A stretch of DNA of 64,000 nt. Origin: Phycisphaerae bacterium (GTDB lineage: Bacteria; Planctomycetota; Phycisphaerae; UBA1845). The translations under genes and the position numbers were made by a program. The notes beneath the pieces are model-generated. The model had not been told where the DNA came from. It did no database searches and was given only the letters and a program-made list of their open reading frames with translations. This document shows positions 1-10,051 of this stretch, piece after piece. Position 1 is the first letter of the stretch. Every line of letters begins with the position of its first letter. The DNA lies in the NCBI GenBank assembly GCA_963666835.2, contig CAXXGO010000001.1, forward strand, positions 2,048,001 through 2,112,000, read 5' to 3'.

Positions 1-257
1 ACTCCAAACGAATACGACGTAACGGAACACCCGCACGGCTGGGTGGTCCACAGGTCGTCCGCAATCGGGAAGAAGCTGGGGGGATAAAGGAAGGTCCCGC
101 CGGTAGCGCTATACACCAGCGTGCTATCGGCCCGGGCCGATTTCAGCCCCTGAAACGAGTCCCCAAACAGCCCAGACTGCATCAGGGCGCCGTCGGCCCC
201 GAATATCACCGCCAGCGCAATGACGATGGGCCACGTGGTTGTCTTCAAAGAACGCAT
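1..257 (-). CDS. 5' part of a probable secreted protein (runs off the window)
   Basis: ATG at 257 with AAGGCGGAG upstream. The frame is open to the window edge: MRSLKTTTWPIVIALAVIFGADGALMQ...SARADSTLVYSATGGTF..., with a hydrophobic N-terminus. Confidence 0.6.
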   Translation of the reverse strand, partial: MRSLKTTTWPIVIALAVIFGADGALMQSGLFGDSFQGLKSARADSTLVYSATGGTFLYPPSFFPIADDLWTTQPCGCSVTSYSFG

Positions 258-586
258 GAGTCTCCGCCTTTCTACGCTTTCCCTCGCATTGGATGCCGGA
301 GTAACCACCACCAGGTCATTGCCCCGGACTGCGTTTTAGGTTGTCCATCTAGGGATGCTCTGAATGTCGGGATCCCGTGCCGCTGAGATCCCGGCGCACA
401 ACCAAACCGATTACCCCCACTCAGGGATAAGACAAGCGCATTGCGCGCCACACCTTCCGAATGGCTCTCTCCCAAATCCTCCAGCCCTCTGAGCCGCCTC
501 TGATACTACTACTATCGGGGCGTAAATGCAAGCGGTACGTGTTGAGATGATGCGCGCATGTAATAGTCAGGCGAAGAATTCCACTG

Positions 587-1219
587 CTACTGCGTGCTCC
601 GGCCGGGGATCCGGTAGAGCGATCGTGCCTCGATGAACTCTCGAACGCACTCCGGGACGAGGTAGCGGATTGACCGTCCATTGCCGACTCGCCGGCGGAT
701 ATCGGTCGAGGATATCTCGATCAGTGGGGTGTCCACAATACCGGACTCAAGACGCTCGATCTGCGCGACAGTGAAAACGTCGCGCAACCGCGTACGGTCG
801 AGCCGACCCCAGCCGGGACGAGCGGCCGTGATGATGCGACAGCACTCCACCAGGTCCGCGCCTCGATGCCATGAGGGAAGATCCGGCAGGGAGTCGGCTC
901 CAATCAGCCAGGAGATCTCGACATCGCGGCCGAGTTCGCCCTGAAAGTGCTCAATAGTGTCAATAGTATAGCTCGGACCCGTGCGTGACAGATCAAAGTC
1001 ACTAACATCGAAGAGTGGATCCCCCGCAACCGCCAGGCGGACCATTTGAGCCCGCGTAGCGGCATCGGTGAGATCCTCCGGGCTCTTATGAGGAGGGTGG
1101 GCTGACGGCAAGAAGATCACACGATCCAGAGCCAGCCGCTCAGCTACCGCCCGGGCTACAACGAGGTGCCCGTGGTGGATTGGGTCGAAACTCCCGCCGT
1201 ACAGGCAAACTTCCGGCAT
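587..1219 (-). CDS. nadD: nicotinate-nucleotide adenylyltransferase
   Basis: LYGGSFDPIHHGH (HxGH), PPHK, SYTIDT, LIGADSL, ISSTDIRR. Start placed at MPEVCL. Confidence 0.95.
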   Translation of the reverse strand: MPEVCLYGGSFDPIHHGHLVVARAVAERLALDRVIFLPSAHPPHKSPEDLTDAATRAQMVRLAVAGDPLFDVSDFDLSRTGPSYTIDTIEHFQGELGRDVEISWLIGADSLPDLPSWHRGADLVECCRIITAARPGWGRLDRTRLRDVFTVAQIERLESGIVDTPLIEISSTDIRRRVGNGRSIRYLVPECVREFIEARSLYRIPGRSTQ

Positions 1220-1443
1220 GATATCGTCTGCGAGATCCTGGCGCCTCAGGTTAGCTCTGACAATCCGAGCGTCCGACGATCGTCCCAAGCGTCTCGTGGT
1301 TCGGGACTCCCCCGTACCCACCTGAGGCGGATCGTAACTCGGACATTTTTCAGCGTCAACGTTGGTGCAAACTCTCCCATTGCAGCATTCCGTGGAGGGC
1401 GCGGGTGTTCGGACCGATAATATAAGCGGTGGAGGTGCGCGTT

Positions 1444-2709
1444 ATGCCAATCCGGTCGTCACCGGAAGTCAGCTTCATTCTGGCAACCCATAACCGACGT
1501 GAGGTTGTGCAGGACACTCTTGCGCGGCTGGATCGTTGCGGTTTGGACCGCGCCGACTTCGAAGTGATCGTAGTCGACAACGCATCTTCGGACGGTACGC
1601 CCGATGCTATCGCCCCGCGCGTAGACATCCTCATGCGATTGCACACGAATCGCGGGAGTTGCGCGAAGGCACTGGGGATTCCTGAAGCCGCCGGCCGTTT
1701 CGTAGTGTTCCTGGATGATGATTCGAGTCCGCGCCCGGGAAGTGTTCGGCGGATGATCACCCGGTTTGATGAAGATCCCGACTTAGGGGCGGCCGGCTTT
1801 TCCGTGCACCTGCCGAACGGCGAAAAGGAGGGGGCGGCGCTTCCCGATGTCTTTGTCGGCTGCGGGGTGGGCTTTCGGACGCACGCGCTGCGCGAGGTCG
1901 GCGGGCTCGACCGGTCATTTTTCATGCAGGCCGAGGAATATGATCTGAGTTTCCGGCTGGCCGGGGCGGGATGGAAGGTCCGAGTGGTCGCGGATCTTGC
2001 CGTTGACCACCTCAAGACGCCGCGAGCCCGCAGGAGCGACCGGACCGCCTTCTGTGACACGAGGAACAACCTGCGCGTTGCGGCGCGTTACCTGCCCCGG
2101 CCCTACTACCAGGTCTACGCCGCCGACTGGCTGCAGCGTTACGCCTGGTTCGCCGAGCAAGACGGCACCGTGGCTTCCTTCAAACGTGGAGCTCGTGCAG
2201 GGAGATACCGCGGTTTGCTGGAGCGTTGGACCCATCGCCGACGGCGCCTTGGTCCCGACCTTCTCGAGCGGTTCTTCTGCTGGGGGACGATCCACCGGAA
2301 CATGGCCGCACTGGTTGACTCGGGGGTGCGGCGGATCGTGTTGGCTGATCTCGGCAAGAACGTCTACCCGTTTGTTCGGGCGGCACGTTCGTTGGGGCTG
2401 CAGATCTCAGCCATCGGGGACGATCGGTTCGGGGGATGTCAGTATCAATATCGCGGGATTCCGGTGGATTCACTAGCCGACGTTCTGCAAAGCGAGCCGC
2501 AGGCCGTGGTCGTGGCCAATACCGGTCCGGTGCATGCCGCGCGGATCCGAAACCTGGTGCGCGACCGGTGCGGATTGCCGGTGTATGCGTGGCTGGCAGA
2601 GGATGCGCCGGTTGAGCCGACGCGACGAGCAGAAATCGAAACGGACGGGACCGGCCCGAATGCCGATGAAGACGCAGGTATGCGTTTGCGCGTGCCGGCA
2701 ATGACGTAG
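1444..2709 (+). CDS. GT2 family glycosyltransferase with C-terminal Rossmann-like extension
   Basis: VSFILATHNR, VIVVDNASSDGT, VFLDDD, GGLD..FFMQAEEYDL. Alternative GTG start at 1429. Confidence 0.85.
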   Translation: MPIRSSPEVSFILATHNRREVVQDTLARLDRCGLDRADFEVIVVDNASSDGTPDAIAPRVDILMRLHTNRGSCAKALGIPEAAGRFVVFLDDDSSPRPGSVRRMITRFDEDPDLGAAGFSVHLPNGEKEGAALPDVFVGCGVGFRTHALREVGGLDRSFFMQAEEYDLSFRLAGAGWKVRVVADLAVDHLKTPRARRSDRTAFCDTRNNLRVAARYLPRPYYQVYAADWLQRYAWFAEQDGTVASFKRGARAGRYRGLLERWTHRRRRLGPDLLERFFCWGTIHRNMAALVDSGVRRIVLADLGKNVYPFVRAARSLGLQISAIGDDRFGGCQYQYRGIPVDSLADVLQSEPQAVVVANTGPVHAARIRNLVRDRCGLPVYAWLAEDAPVEPTRRAEIETDGTGPNADEDAGMRLRVPAMT

Positions 2710-2742
2710 GAAGGCAACACCGCGCACAAGGAGTGCAAAACA

Positions 2743-3771
2743 GTGGGAAAGGTCGCCTTGATAACCGGGGTCACGGGGCAGGACGGCTCGTATCTCGCCG
2801 AGTTTCTCATGGGCAAGGGATACGAAGTTCATGGGATAATGCGCCGGGCGAGCGTCTTTACGACGGAGCGGGTGGAACATCTCTATCAGGATCGCCACGA
2901 CACGGATGTGCGGTTCCGCCTGCACTATGGCGATCTGCTTGACCCCTTGAGTGTCCGGCGGATCATCAGCGAAACGGGCCCCGACGAGGTCTACAATCTC
3001 GGGGCGCAATCCCATGTTCGCACGAGCTTCGATCAACCGGTATACACGGCGGACGTGGTGGCCATCGGAGCATTACACCTTCTGGAGGCGATTCGCGACT
3101 ACCAGGCCTCCTCCGGGCGGCAGGTGCGTTTCTATCAAGCCTCCAGCAGCGAGATGTTCGGCAAGGTAGCCGAGGTCCCGCAGAACGAGCAAACCCCGTT
3201 CTACCCCAGGAGTCCCTATGCCTGTGCCAAGGTCCACGCATATTGGCAAACCGTCAACTACCGCGAGGCCTACGGGTTGTTTGCCTGCAATGGGATCCTC
3301 TTCAACCATGAGTCTCCGCGCCGCGGCGAGACGTTCGTCACTCGAAAGATAACCCGGGCGGCGACGCGGATAAAGCTGGGGCTGCAGGATACGCTCTTCC
3401 TCGGGAACCTCGATGCCAAGCGAGACTGGGGGTACGCCGGCGATTTCGTCGAGGCGATGTGGCTGATGCTGCAGCAGGAGGACCCCGACGACTTCGTAAT
3501 CGCCACCGGGGAAACGCACAGCATTCGCGAGTTTCTAGATCGAGCGTTTGGCTACCTCGACCTTGACTGGCGCGAGTATGTCAAGTTCGACTCGCGCTAC
3601 CTTCGCCCGACCGAGGTCAGTTTGTTACTCGGGGACGCGGCCAAGGCACGCGATCTGCTCGGTTGGCGGCCAAGCGTGGATTGGGAGGAGCTCGTCCACA
3701 TGATGGTCGACGCCGATATGGTCATCGCCGAAAAAGAACGCGCCCTCGTTGACGCCGGCCATTTGGTCTAA
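2743..3771 (+). CDS. gmd: GDP-mannose 4,6-dehydratase
   Basis: [71 protein letters not shown]. Confidence 0.97.
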   Translation: MGKVALITGVTGQDGSYLAEFLMGKGYEVHGIMRRASVFTTERVEHLYQDRHDTDVRFRLHYGDLLDPLSVRRIISETGPDEVYNLGAQSHVRTSFDQPVYTADVVAIGALHLLEAIRDYQASSGRQVRFYQASSSEMFGKVAEVPQNEQTPFYPRSPYACAKVHAYWQTVNYREAYGLFACNGILFNHESPRRGETFVTRKITRAATRIKLGLQDTLFLGNLDAKRDWGYAGDFVEAMWLMLQQEDPDDFVIATGETHSIREFLDRAFGYLDLDWREYVKFDSRYLRPTEVSLLLGDAAKARDLLGWRPSVDWEELVHMMVDADMVIAEKERALVDAGHLV

Positions 3772-3815
3772 CCCGGCTTGTCCATGACCTTCGCATGAAA
3801 GCGCGTAACTTAACT

Positions 3816-3872
3816 GTAGCGCCACCGCTCGTCGGTGGCGTCATGGTAACAGGTAGGGTCCGCTCCTCGGAC
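3816..3872. repeat. two short GTAG-initiated palindromes (REP-like)
   Basis: GTAG-CGCCACCG ctcgt CGGTGGCG (3816-3840) and GTAG-GGTCCG ctcct CGGACC (~3852-3872). Confidence 0.5.
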
Positions 3873-3909
3873 CAATTCGCTCGTTCATTATAAGTATGGT
3901 TACGGAGTT

Positions 3910-4056
3910 GTAGGGCATGGTCGAGGTACGAGACCTGCCGTGGTCCTCGCGCGACGTGCGGCGTCTGTGGCAGGTCTCGTACCTCGACCGTGCCCTACGA
4001 GGCCCTCGCGCGACGTGCGCCGGCGCGGCAGGTCTCGTGCTTCGACCATGCTCTAC
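3910..4056. repeat. REP/REPIN-like cluster, 30-bp GTAGGGCA..GAGACCTGCC unit (1 forward plus 2 inverted copies, 58-bp period)
   Basis: GTAGGGCATGGTCGAGGTACGAGACCTGCC at 3910. Reverse-complement copies start at 3969 and 4027. Same unit as the arrays at 14.7-15.7 kb. Confidence 0.85.
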
Positions 4057-4224
4057 GGGTGGTGCCAATCTGGTGGCATGGGTCAACTTGTTGAGCCGTG
4101 GGGCGTGACGCGACGGAGGCGGGCAGGCCGCTTACGCTCGCCGTACCGACTGCGCGGACCTTCTTGCAGAGCGTTGTCGGCTGTATGCCTACTTTCCTTT
4201 GGGACGGGTTAGCGCGTGGCCGCG

Positions 4225-6546
4225 TCAACTGCCGGGGGTGTTTGTGACGCGCTCAAGACCGTCGCGGGCGGCGGTGTTAGCCGGTTGTCGGCGAAGGGCC
4301 TCCTGAAAAGCGTTCGCCGCTTCCGTGCGTTTGCCCTGTTCTTCCAACGCTACCCCCAGATTGACATACGCGTTGACGTACGCGGGGTTGATCCGCAGAG
4401 CGGCGCGATAGGCCTGTTCGGCCTCTTGGGTTCTGCCGGCTCTTAACAAGGTATTCGCCAGATTGTACCGGGCGCCGAAGTGGCTCGGTTCGAGGGCGAT
4501 TACGTCCTGGTATGCTGACAGGGCCTCGTCAAACAACCCCTGGGCGGCCAGGGCAATTGCGAGGTTGTAATGGCCGTCGATGTGACGCTGGTCGAGCCGG
4601 ACTGCCTCACGATACTCCGCAATGGCATCCTCCGCCTCCCCGACCTGAGCCAGAACAACGCCGAGATTGAAATGCGTCACGGCATCGTCGGGTTCGATTG
4701 CCAACGCCCGGCGGTACTCGGTTACCGCCTCCCCGGGGCGGCCTGCGGTACTCAAAGCGCCGGCCAGTCCGCACCGGGCATGGGCGGAATCCGGATGGGC
4801 GTCGGCCCACTCGGACCATTGTGCCAGAGCTTCGTCAGTCTGCCCGGCTTTGCCCAGAGCCCGAACGAGGTTGTCGTGCCCGCCGACGAAGTCGGGGGCG
4901 ATACGCCGGACTTCGCGGTAGTGGGCAAGCGACTCCTCGACTCGGCGCTGCTCCAGCAGAATGTGCCCCATCTGGGTGTGCGCCTCCAGGAAGTCGGGGT
5001 TGAGGCGGAGCGCCTCTTGATAGTGCGGAAGGACTTGCTCCGGCGGGGCGGACCGCTTTCGATAATACTCACCCAGGCTCATGTGCATGTCGGCCTCGCT
5101 TGTCACGGTCTCCATGCGAAAGGGGCCTGCCCAGCTACAGGCCAGGGCAACACCGAGAGCGATGCTGGCCGCGGGCAAGACGCGTCGCCAACCTCCGGCT
5201 CGGGCGCGTTCCAGCGCTGCAAGGCCTCCGGCTGCCGCCACGACTGCGGCAACGGGAATAATCGGAATGCGATACCGCCCCGTAACATGAGCCAGGATTA
5301 CCGATGCGGGGTACAAAACCAGGAACAGCATCATCGGGAACGGGATCCGCCGCCAGGTGAAGACCAAGCCGACGACGGCCGCGGGTAGAAGAACACCGAA
5401 CGGGAATCCGAACTTGCCGATCCGCCATGCCAGAATAGTAAGGACCCCGGACCACCGACGCTGCAAGTAGATGTCTTCGTAGCTCGGTATCTCGCGGGTC
5501 GTAAGGAACTGAATGGTCTTGCGAACCACACCGCCGGCGAAGTGCAGGGGGTGGTGCAGAACATAGCTCATCGTCTCGCGATAGAAGTACTGCGAGCCGT
5601 CGTACTGATCGTCGCCGATGCCGTGCTGATTCGGCAGATCGCGCAGTTCTTCATACTCCCGCCAGGGGCGGGTGGCCTCGGTGCGGGCGGAATCCAGGTT
5701 GTTCCCCATGTAGACATTGATGCCGCCGTTGGCCGGCATGATGCCGAAGTGGCCGGTGTGCGACCAGTTCTGCAGAGCCACCGGCAGAGTGACAACTACA
5801 TAGCCCCCAACGATTGCCCCGAGCCTCGGCAGCAACTTCCTGCCGGTCAAACCACCCCGGCGCAAGGTGAGCCCCAACCAAACGCAGCCGATTACCCCGA
5901 ACGGCAGAAACGTGGGCCGGGTCAATACCGCCAGAGCCCCGCAAACGCCCAGAGCAGCGCACCAACCGAGGCTTCTGCTGTTGGCTGCTCTTAGGAACAA
6001 GAGAATCGTCGCCACGGACCAGAACGTCGCCCAGCCGGTAGCCAGCAGTTCTGCCTCATAGAATATGAGCGGTCCGTAAACCGCCGTGATCAGCCCGGCC
6101 ACGATTCCGGTTTTCCGATCGAAGACGTGTCGCCCCAGGAAGTAGGTCAGCACGCAGGTCACCGAGCCGAGCAAGATCCCGAGGGCCTTGGCGGCGACGA
6201 TTGTCTTTGCGAACAACGTGTACACCACGGTCAGAAAACACGGAAAGAACACCGGCTGCCAGAAGAAGTCACTGGTTAGAGCCTTGTTCTCGATCAGTTG
6301 CCGGACCATCAGTTCGTAGTTCTGAGCATCTGCGATCGGCGCGCTGAAGGTTGGATTGTCACAGCTTTCCAGAAGGTAGATCAGCCGTATGACCAGCGCG
6401 ACGGCGAACACCAAGATCGGGGTCTTGACATCTCTGCAGGGGGGATCGCCGATGCCGGATCGATTCACCGAGGTCGGTCCGTCATTATTCCGGCGTTCTT
6501 GCCGGGCGGAGTCGCGAGGTCTGCGGTTCTTTCGTGATGCAGCCAT
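4225..6546 (-). CDS. GT-C/PMT-like multi-TM glycosyltransferase fused to C-terminal TPR repeats
   Basis: About 11 hydrophobic segments, PIADAQNY / FFWQP / LTRPTF / RYRIP, followed by TPR units (HFNLGVVL, HYNLAIAL, RYNLANTL). Confidence 0.8.
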   Translation of the reverse strand: MAASRKNRRPRDSARQERRNNDGPTSVNRSGIGDPPCRDVKTPILVFAVALVIRLIYLLESCDNPTFSAPIADAQNYELMVRQLIENKALTSDFFWQPVFFPCFLTVVYTLFAKTIVAAKALGILLGSVTCVLTYFLGRHVFDRKTGIVAGLITAVYGPLIFYEAELLATGWATFWSVATILLFLRAANSRSLGWCAALGVCGALAVLTRPTFLPFGVIGCVWLGLTLRRGGLTGRKLLPRLGAIVGGYVVVTLPVALQNWSHTGHFGIMPANGGINVYMGNNLDSARTEATRPWREYEELRDLPNQHGIGDDQYDGSQYFYRETMSYVLHHPLHFAGGVVRKTIQFLTTREIPSYEDIYLQRRWSGVLTILAWRIGKFGFPFGVLLPAAVVGLVFTWRRIPFPMMLFLVLYPASVILAHVTGRYRIPIIPVAAVVAAAGGLAALERARAGGWRRVLPAASIALGVALACSWAGPFRMETVTSEADMHMSLGEYYRKRSAPPEQVLPHYQEALRLNPDFLEAHTQMGHILLEQRRVEESLAHYREVRRIAPDFVGGHDNLVRALGKAGQTDEALAQWSEWADAHPDSAHARCGLAGALSTAGRPGEAVTEYRRALAIEPDDAVTHFNLGVVLAQVGEAEDAIAEYREAVRLDQRHIDGHYNLAIALAAQGLFDEALSAYQDVIALEPSHFGARYNLANTLLRAGRTQEAEQAYRAALRINPAYVNAYVNLGVALEEQGKRTEAANAFQEALRRQPANTAARDGLERVTNTPGS

Positions 6547-6725
6547 TAACTGTCGCCGGGGGCCGGTGGTTCGCGGATGCCGCATTGAAGGCGGCGCTCC
6601 TGTACCGAATCGGGTTCCAGCCCGGCATGATACCCTGCGGAGCCGTTATCGCCCACCGGCGCGAACGGTGAGACCGCCTTCGCGCCGGCGTCTTCGTCGG
6701 GTTCGGTACGGTCCGGCGGCGCGCG

Positions 6726-9700
6726 TTACGCTTTTGCCTTGACGGTATCGGCGGCGGCCAGACTCTCCGGGGTCTCGCCTTCGGGTATCGGGCAACTGAA
6801 CTTGCACTTCGGGTACTTGCTACAGCCGAGGAACTTGCCACTTCTCCCCGTTCGGATCACCATCGGCTCACCGCACTCTTCGCAGGGCACCATGGTCGGG
6901 ATCGGCTTGGGCCGGGCGGCGCCGGGAACCTCGATCTCGGCCTGTTTCTTCGCCTGCCCGCGCATGTTCGCGATAAACGAACATTTCGGATAGGCCGTGC
7001 AACCGAAGTAGGGTCCGAACCGCCCGGTCTTGATGGCGATCTCGCTTCCGCAATCCGGGCAGGTCAGCGGCTCCTCGGGCCAGGTCTCCACAACCGGTCG
7101 CCCGGTACGAGTCCAGGCGAACCCAGGCGGAGGCGGACCTAGCGCGGCGATATCCACTTTGCCGGACTTGTCGCGGGGGAGCTTAGCCGCGGCGGCTTTG
7201 CTCTTCTTGTTGTCGCTGCCCGGCGGCGGGGGATCGGGGATCTGCCCGGCTTCGAGCATCGCCCGCAGATCGTCCAGCTTGTCCATGGGCAGAGCATTGC
7301 GGCATCGCGGGAACCCGGAGCAACTCAGGAATGGGCCGCGCCGCCCTTGCCGGATAACGATCGGTCGCCCGCATTTGTCGCAGCGGACACCGGCCTCGGC
7401 CGGCTTGGGCTTCTCGACGTACAGACCCTCGGGAATCGACTTGGTGGCCTTGCATTTCGGATAAGCGGAGCAGCCGAGGAACGACCGCCCGCGGGCGAAC
7501 TTGACCACCATGTCGGAGTCGCACTCGGGGCACTTCTCTTTGATGTCCTCGGGTTTGACCTTCCTGAGCGCATTGCCGTGTTCATCGCTGGGGAGCGTGT
7601 GGTCGCAGTCAGGATAACCGGAGCAACCGAGGAACGGCCCCATCCGACTTCTACGGAGGATCATCGGCTTTCCGCACTTCTCACAGGGCTCCGCTGCTAC
7701 GACCGCCTCGACGGGTTTGCCGTCGGAGTCGATATTCATGGAGACCTTGCATTCCGGATAGGCCGAGCAGGAGAGGAACCGACCGTTTCTTCCAAACCGA
7801 TATACCAACTTCTTCCCGCATTCCGGACAGTCGTAGTCGCTCGGTTCGGCGAGCGCCCGCGTCATCTCAACCCGAGCCGCGTCCAGGGCGGACTTGAAAG
7901 GCTGATAGAACTCACCGAGCACGTGGACCCAGTCCAGATGGGCCTCCTCGATCTTGTCAAGCTCCTCCTCCATGTACGACGTGAACTTCACGTCCATCAC
8001 CTTGGGGAAATGCTCGACAAGCTTTTCGGTAACAACCTCGCCACGAGCCGTCGGGTGCAGCTTTTTGTCGATCAACTCGACATATTGGCGGTCCTGAATC
8101 GTTTGGATCACGGCCGCGTAGGTGCTGGGGCGGCCGATGCCCTCCGCTTCCATCTTCTTGACCAAAGCAGCTTCCGAAAACCGCGGCGGCGGCGAGGTGT
8201 GCAACTGTTGCGGGTTGAAGTCGACCGGAGCCGTTTCTTGGCCGGTTTCGATTTCAGGCAATTCGACCTGATCGCCGTTCGTCTGACCCATCACCCGCAG
8301 GTATCCGTCAAAGACCAGGCGGCGTCCGCTGGTTCGGAACACGGCCTCTCCCAACGAGGTTTCCCCCGCGATGAGTATTGTCGTGTTATCCCACTGCGCC
8401 GGTGACATCTGACAGGCAACGAAACGCCGCCAGATAAGACCGTAAAGCCGGTATTGCTCGGGGGTCAGGCTCTGGCGCAGGGCTTCCGGTCGATGCGTCG
8501 TTTGCGTCGGACGGATTGCCTCGTGAGCCTCTTGAGCGCGCTTGGCCTTGGCGAACACGTTGGGTTTGCCCGGCACATACTGGTCGCCATGCTCCTGGCT
8601 GATGAAGGCCCGCACCGCCGCCACGGACTCTGCGCTGAGGTTCGTGGAGTCCGTTCGCATGTAAGTAATCAGACCGACCGGCCCGTCCTTGTCTCCCAGA
8701 TCCACGCCCTCGTACAGTTGCTGCGCGACCCGCATGGTGCGCGAAGGGGCGAAACCCAGCTCGCTGGAGGCCGCCTGCTGGAGCGTGGCCGTGGTGAACG
8801 GGGGGTTGGGTTTGGTCGTAGTGCGTCGCTTCTGAATGTCCTTGATAGAGAACGGAGGGCACGCGTTCGGATCGGTTCGGCCCTTCAGGGTAATTCTCTT
8901 GAGACCTTTGTCGGCGTAGGCCTCCCACTCGCGCTCCTGGACCTCCTCCGTGACGAAGCCGCATGCTTCCACGGCCTTCTGCGCCTCGGTGACCTCCGTC
9001 GGACGGAAGTCCGCCCCGCCTAGCTTAATCAAGTCTGCGTAGAGGCAGCGATGCTCGGACAGCCAGGCGTTTCGCTCTTTTACGGTCGGGCCGGATTCGG
9101 CTTCGCCGCTTCCGGCTTGGAACTTTGCCCACGCTTCGCGGAGGCTCGGTGCCGCAGCTGGCTCAACCGCGAAGCACCCGGAGATCCGCCAGGATTCCTC
9201 AGGGATAAAGGACCGGATCTCCCTCTCCCGCTCCACGATCAGTCTGACCGCGACCGATTGGACCCGACCGGCCGAGAGCCCTTTGCCCAGCTTATCCTGC
9301 AGGAGCGGGCTAAGCTGGTACCCGACGATCCGATCGAGGAGCCGGCGGGCCTGCTGGGCGTTCACTTTGTCCATATCAAGGTGGTGAGGGTTCGCAAACG
9401 CGGCCTGGATGGCGGTTTTGGTGATTTCGTTGAAAACGACCCGGCTGGTGCTCTTGTCTTCCAGTTCCAGGGCGTGGACCAGGTGCCAGGCGATGGCCTC
9501 GCCCTCGCGGTCAAGGTCGGTCGCCAGAAACACGGAATCGGCCTTGCTTGCCGCCTTCCTGAGCGCTGTCACGATCTTCTTCTTAGCGGCGAGCAGCTCG
9601 TAGGCCGGCTCGAAGCTGTTTTCGATGTCGATCCCGAAATCCTTGGGCGGGAGATCTCGGACGTGGCCCATACTGGCCATAACTTCGAATCCGGAGCCCA

Positions 9701-9782
9701 GGTATCGGTTAATCGTTTTGGCTTTCGCTGGAGATTCGACGATAACCAATGATTTTGCATGATGTTGCGATTTCTTCGCCAT
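6726..9782 (-). CDS. topA: DNA topoisomerase I with six C4 zinc-ribbon repeats
   Basis: LVIVESPAKAKTI, ATDLDREGEAI, SAGRVQS, LITYMRTDS, AQEAHEAIRPT, GIGRPSTYA. Six CxxC...CSxYPxC units. Confidence 0.97.
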   Translation of the reverse strand: MAKKSQHHAKSLVIVESPAKAKTINRYLGSGFEVMASMGHVRDLPPKDFGIDIENSFEPAYELLAAKKKIVTALRKAASKADSVFLATDLDREGEAIAWHLVHALELEDKSTSRVVFNEITKTAIQAAFANPHHLDMDKVNAQQARRLLDRIVGYQLSPLLQDKLGKGLSAGRVQSVAVRLIVEREREIRSFIPEESWRISGCFAVEPAAAPSLREAWAKFQAGSGEAESGPTVKERNAWLSEHRCLYADLIKLGGADFRPTEVTEAQKAVEACGFVTEEVQEREWEAYADKGLKRITLKGRTDPNACPPFSIKDIQKRRTTTKPNPPFTTATLQQAASSELGFAPSRTMRVAQQLYEGVDLGDKDGPVGLITYMRTDSTNLSAESVAAVRAFISQEHGDQYVPGKPNVFAKAKRAQEAHEAIRPTQTTHRPEALRQSLTPEQYRLYGLIWRRFVACQMSPAQWDNTTILIAGETSLGEAVFRTSGRRLVFDGYLRVMGQTNGDQVELPEIETGQETAPVDFNPQQLHTSPPPRFSEAALVKKMEAEGIGRPSTYAAVIQTIQDRQYVELIDKKLHPTARGEVVTEKLVEHFPKVMDVKFTSYMEEELDKIEEAHLDWVHVLGEFYQPFKSALDAARVEMTRALAEPSDYDCPECGKKLVYRFGRNGRFLSCSAYPECKVSMNIDSDGKPVEAVVAAEPCEKCGKPMILRRSRMGPFLGCSGYPDCDHTLPSDEHGNALRKVKPEDIKEKCPECDSDMVVKFARGRSFLGCSAYPKCKATKSIPEGLYVEKPKPAEAGVRCDKCGRPIVIRQGRRGPFLSCSGFPRCRNALPMDKLDDLRAMLEAGQIPDPPPPGSDNKKSKAAAAKLPRDKSGKVDIAALGPPPPGFAWTRTGRPVVETWPEEPLTCPDCGSEIAIKTGRFGPYFGCTAYPKCSFIANMRGQAKKQAEIEVPGAARPKPIPTMVPCEECGEPMVIRTGRSGKFLGCSKYPKCKFSCPIPEGETPESLAAADTVKAKA

Positions 9783-10051
9783 GCCGAAGCACCTTCACGA
9801 GGATAGACCGACCCAGCTTTTCGCCGGGTAACGGTCCTTAATATCGGCGCCAAGGCGTGGATACTCCACCCGGTGTTAATTGGGGCCACCCCAGCGTTGG
9901 TTCGGGGCGATTTAGCAGGACCGAGCGGGGCTGTCAAACCGATGTTGCGCTGTTAAGCTGTAGCCGCTTGATTTCGGCGTACAACCAACTATATTGGTAC
10001 GCCTCGACTCGAAGATTGGTAACATCCTACAGAATAAGGATTTACGTCGCC

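Noticed and set aside
7347..9752. Long antisense ORFs (e.g. 7347-8405, 9051-9752; likewise 19298-20656, 26351-27241, 47502-48551)
   Set aside because: Shadow ORFs opposite well-supported genes in high-GC DNA.
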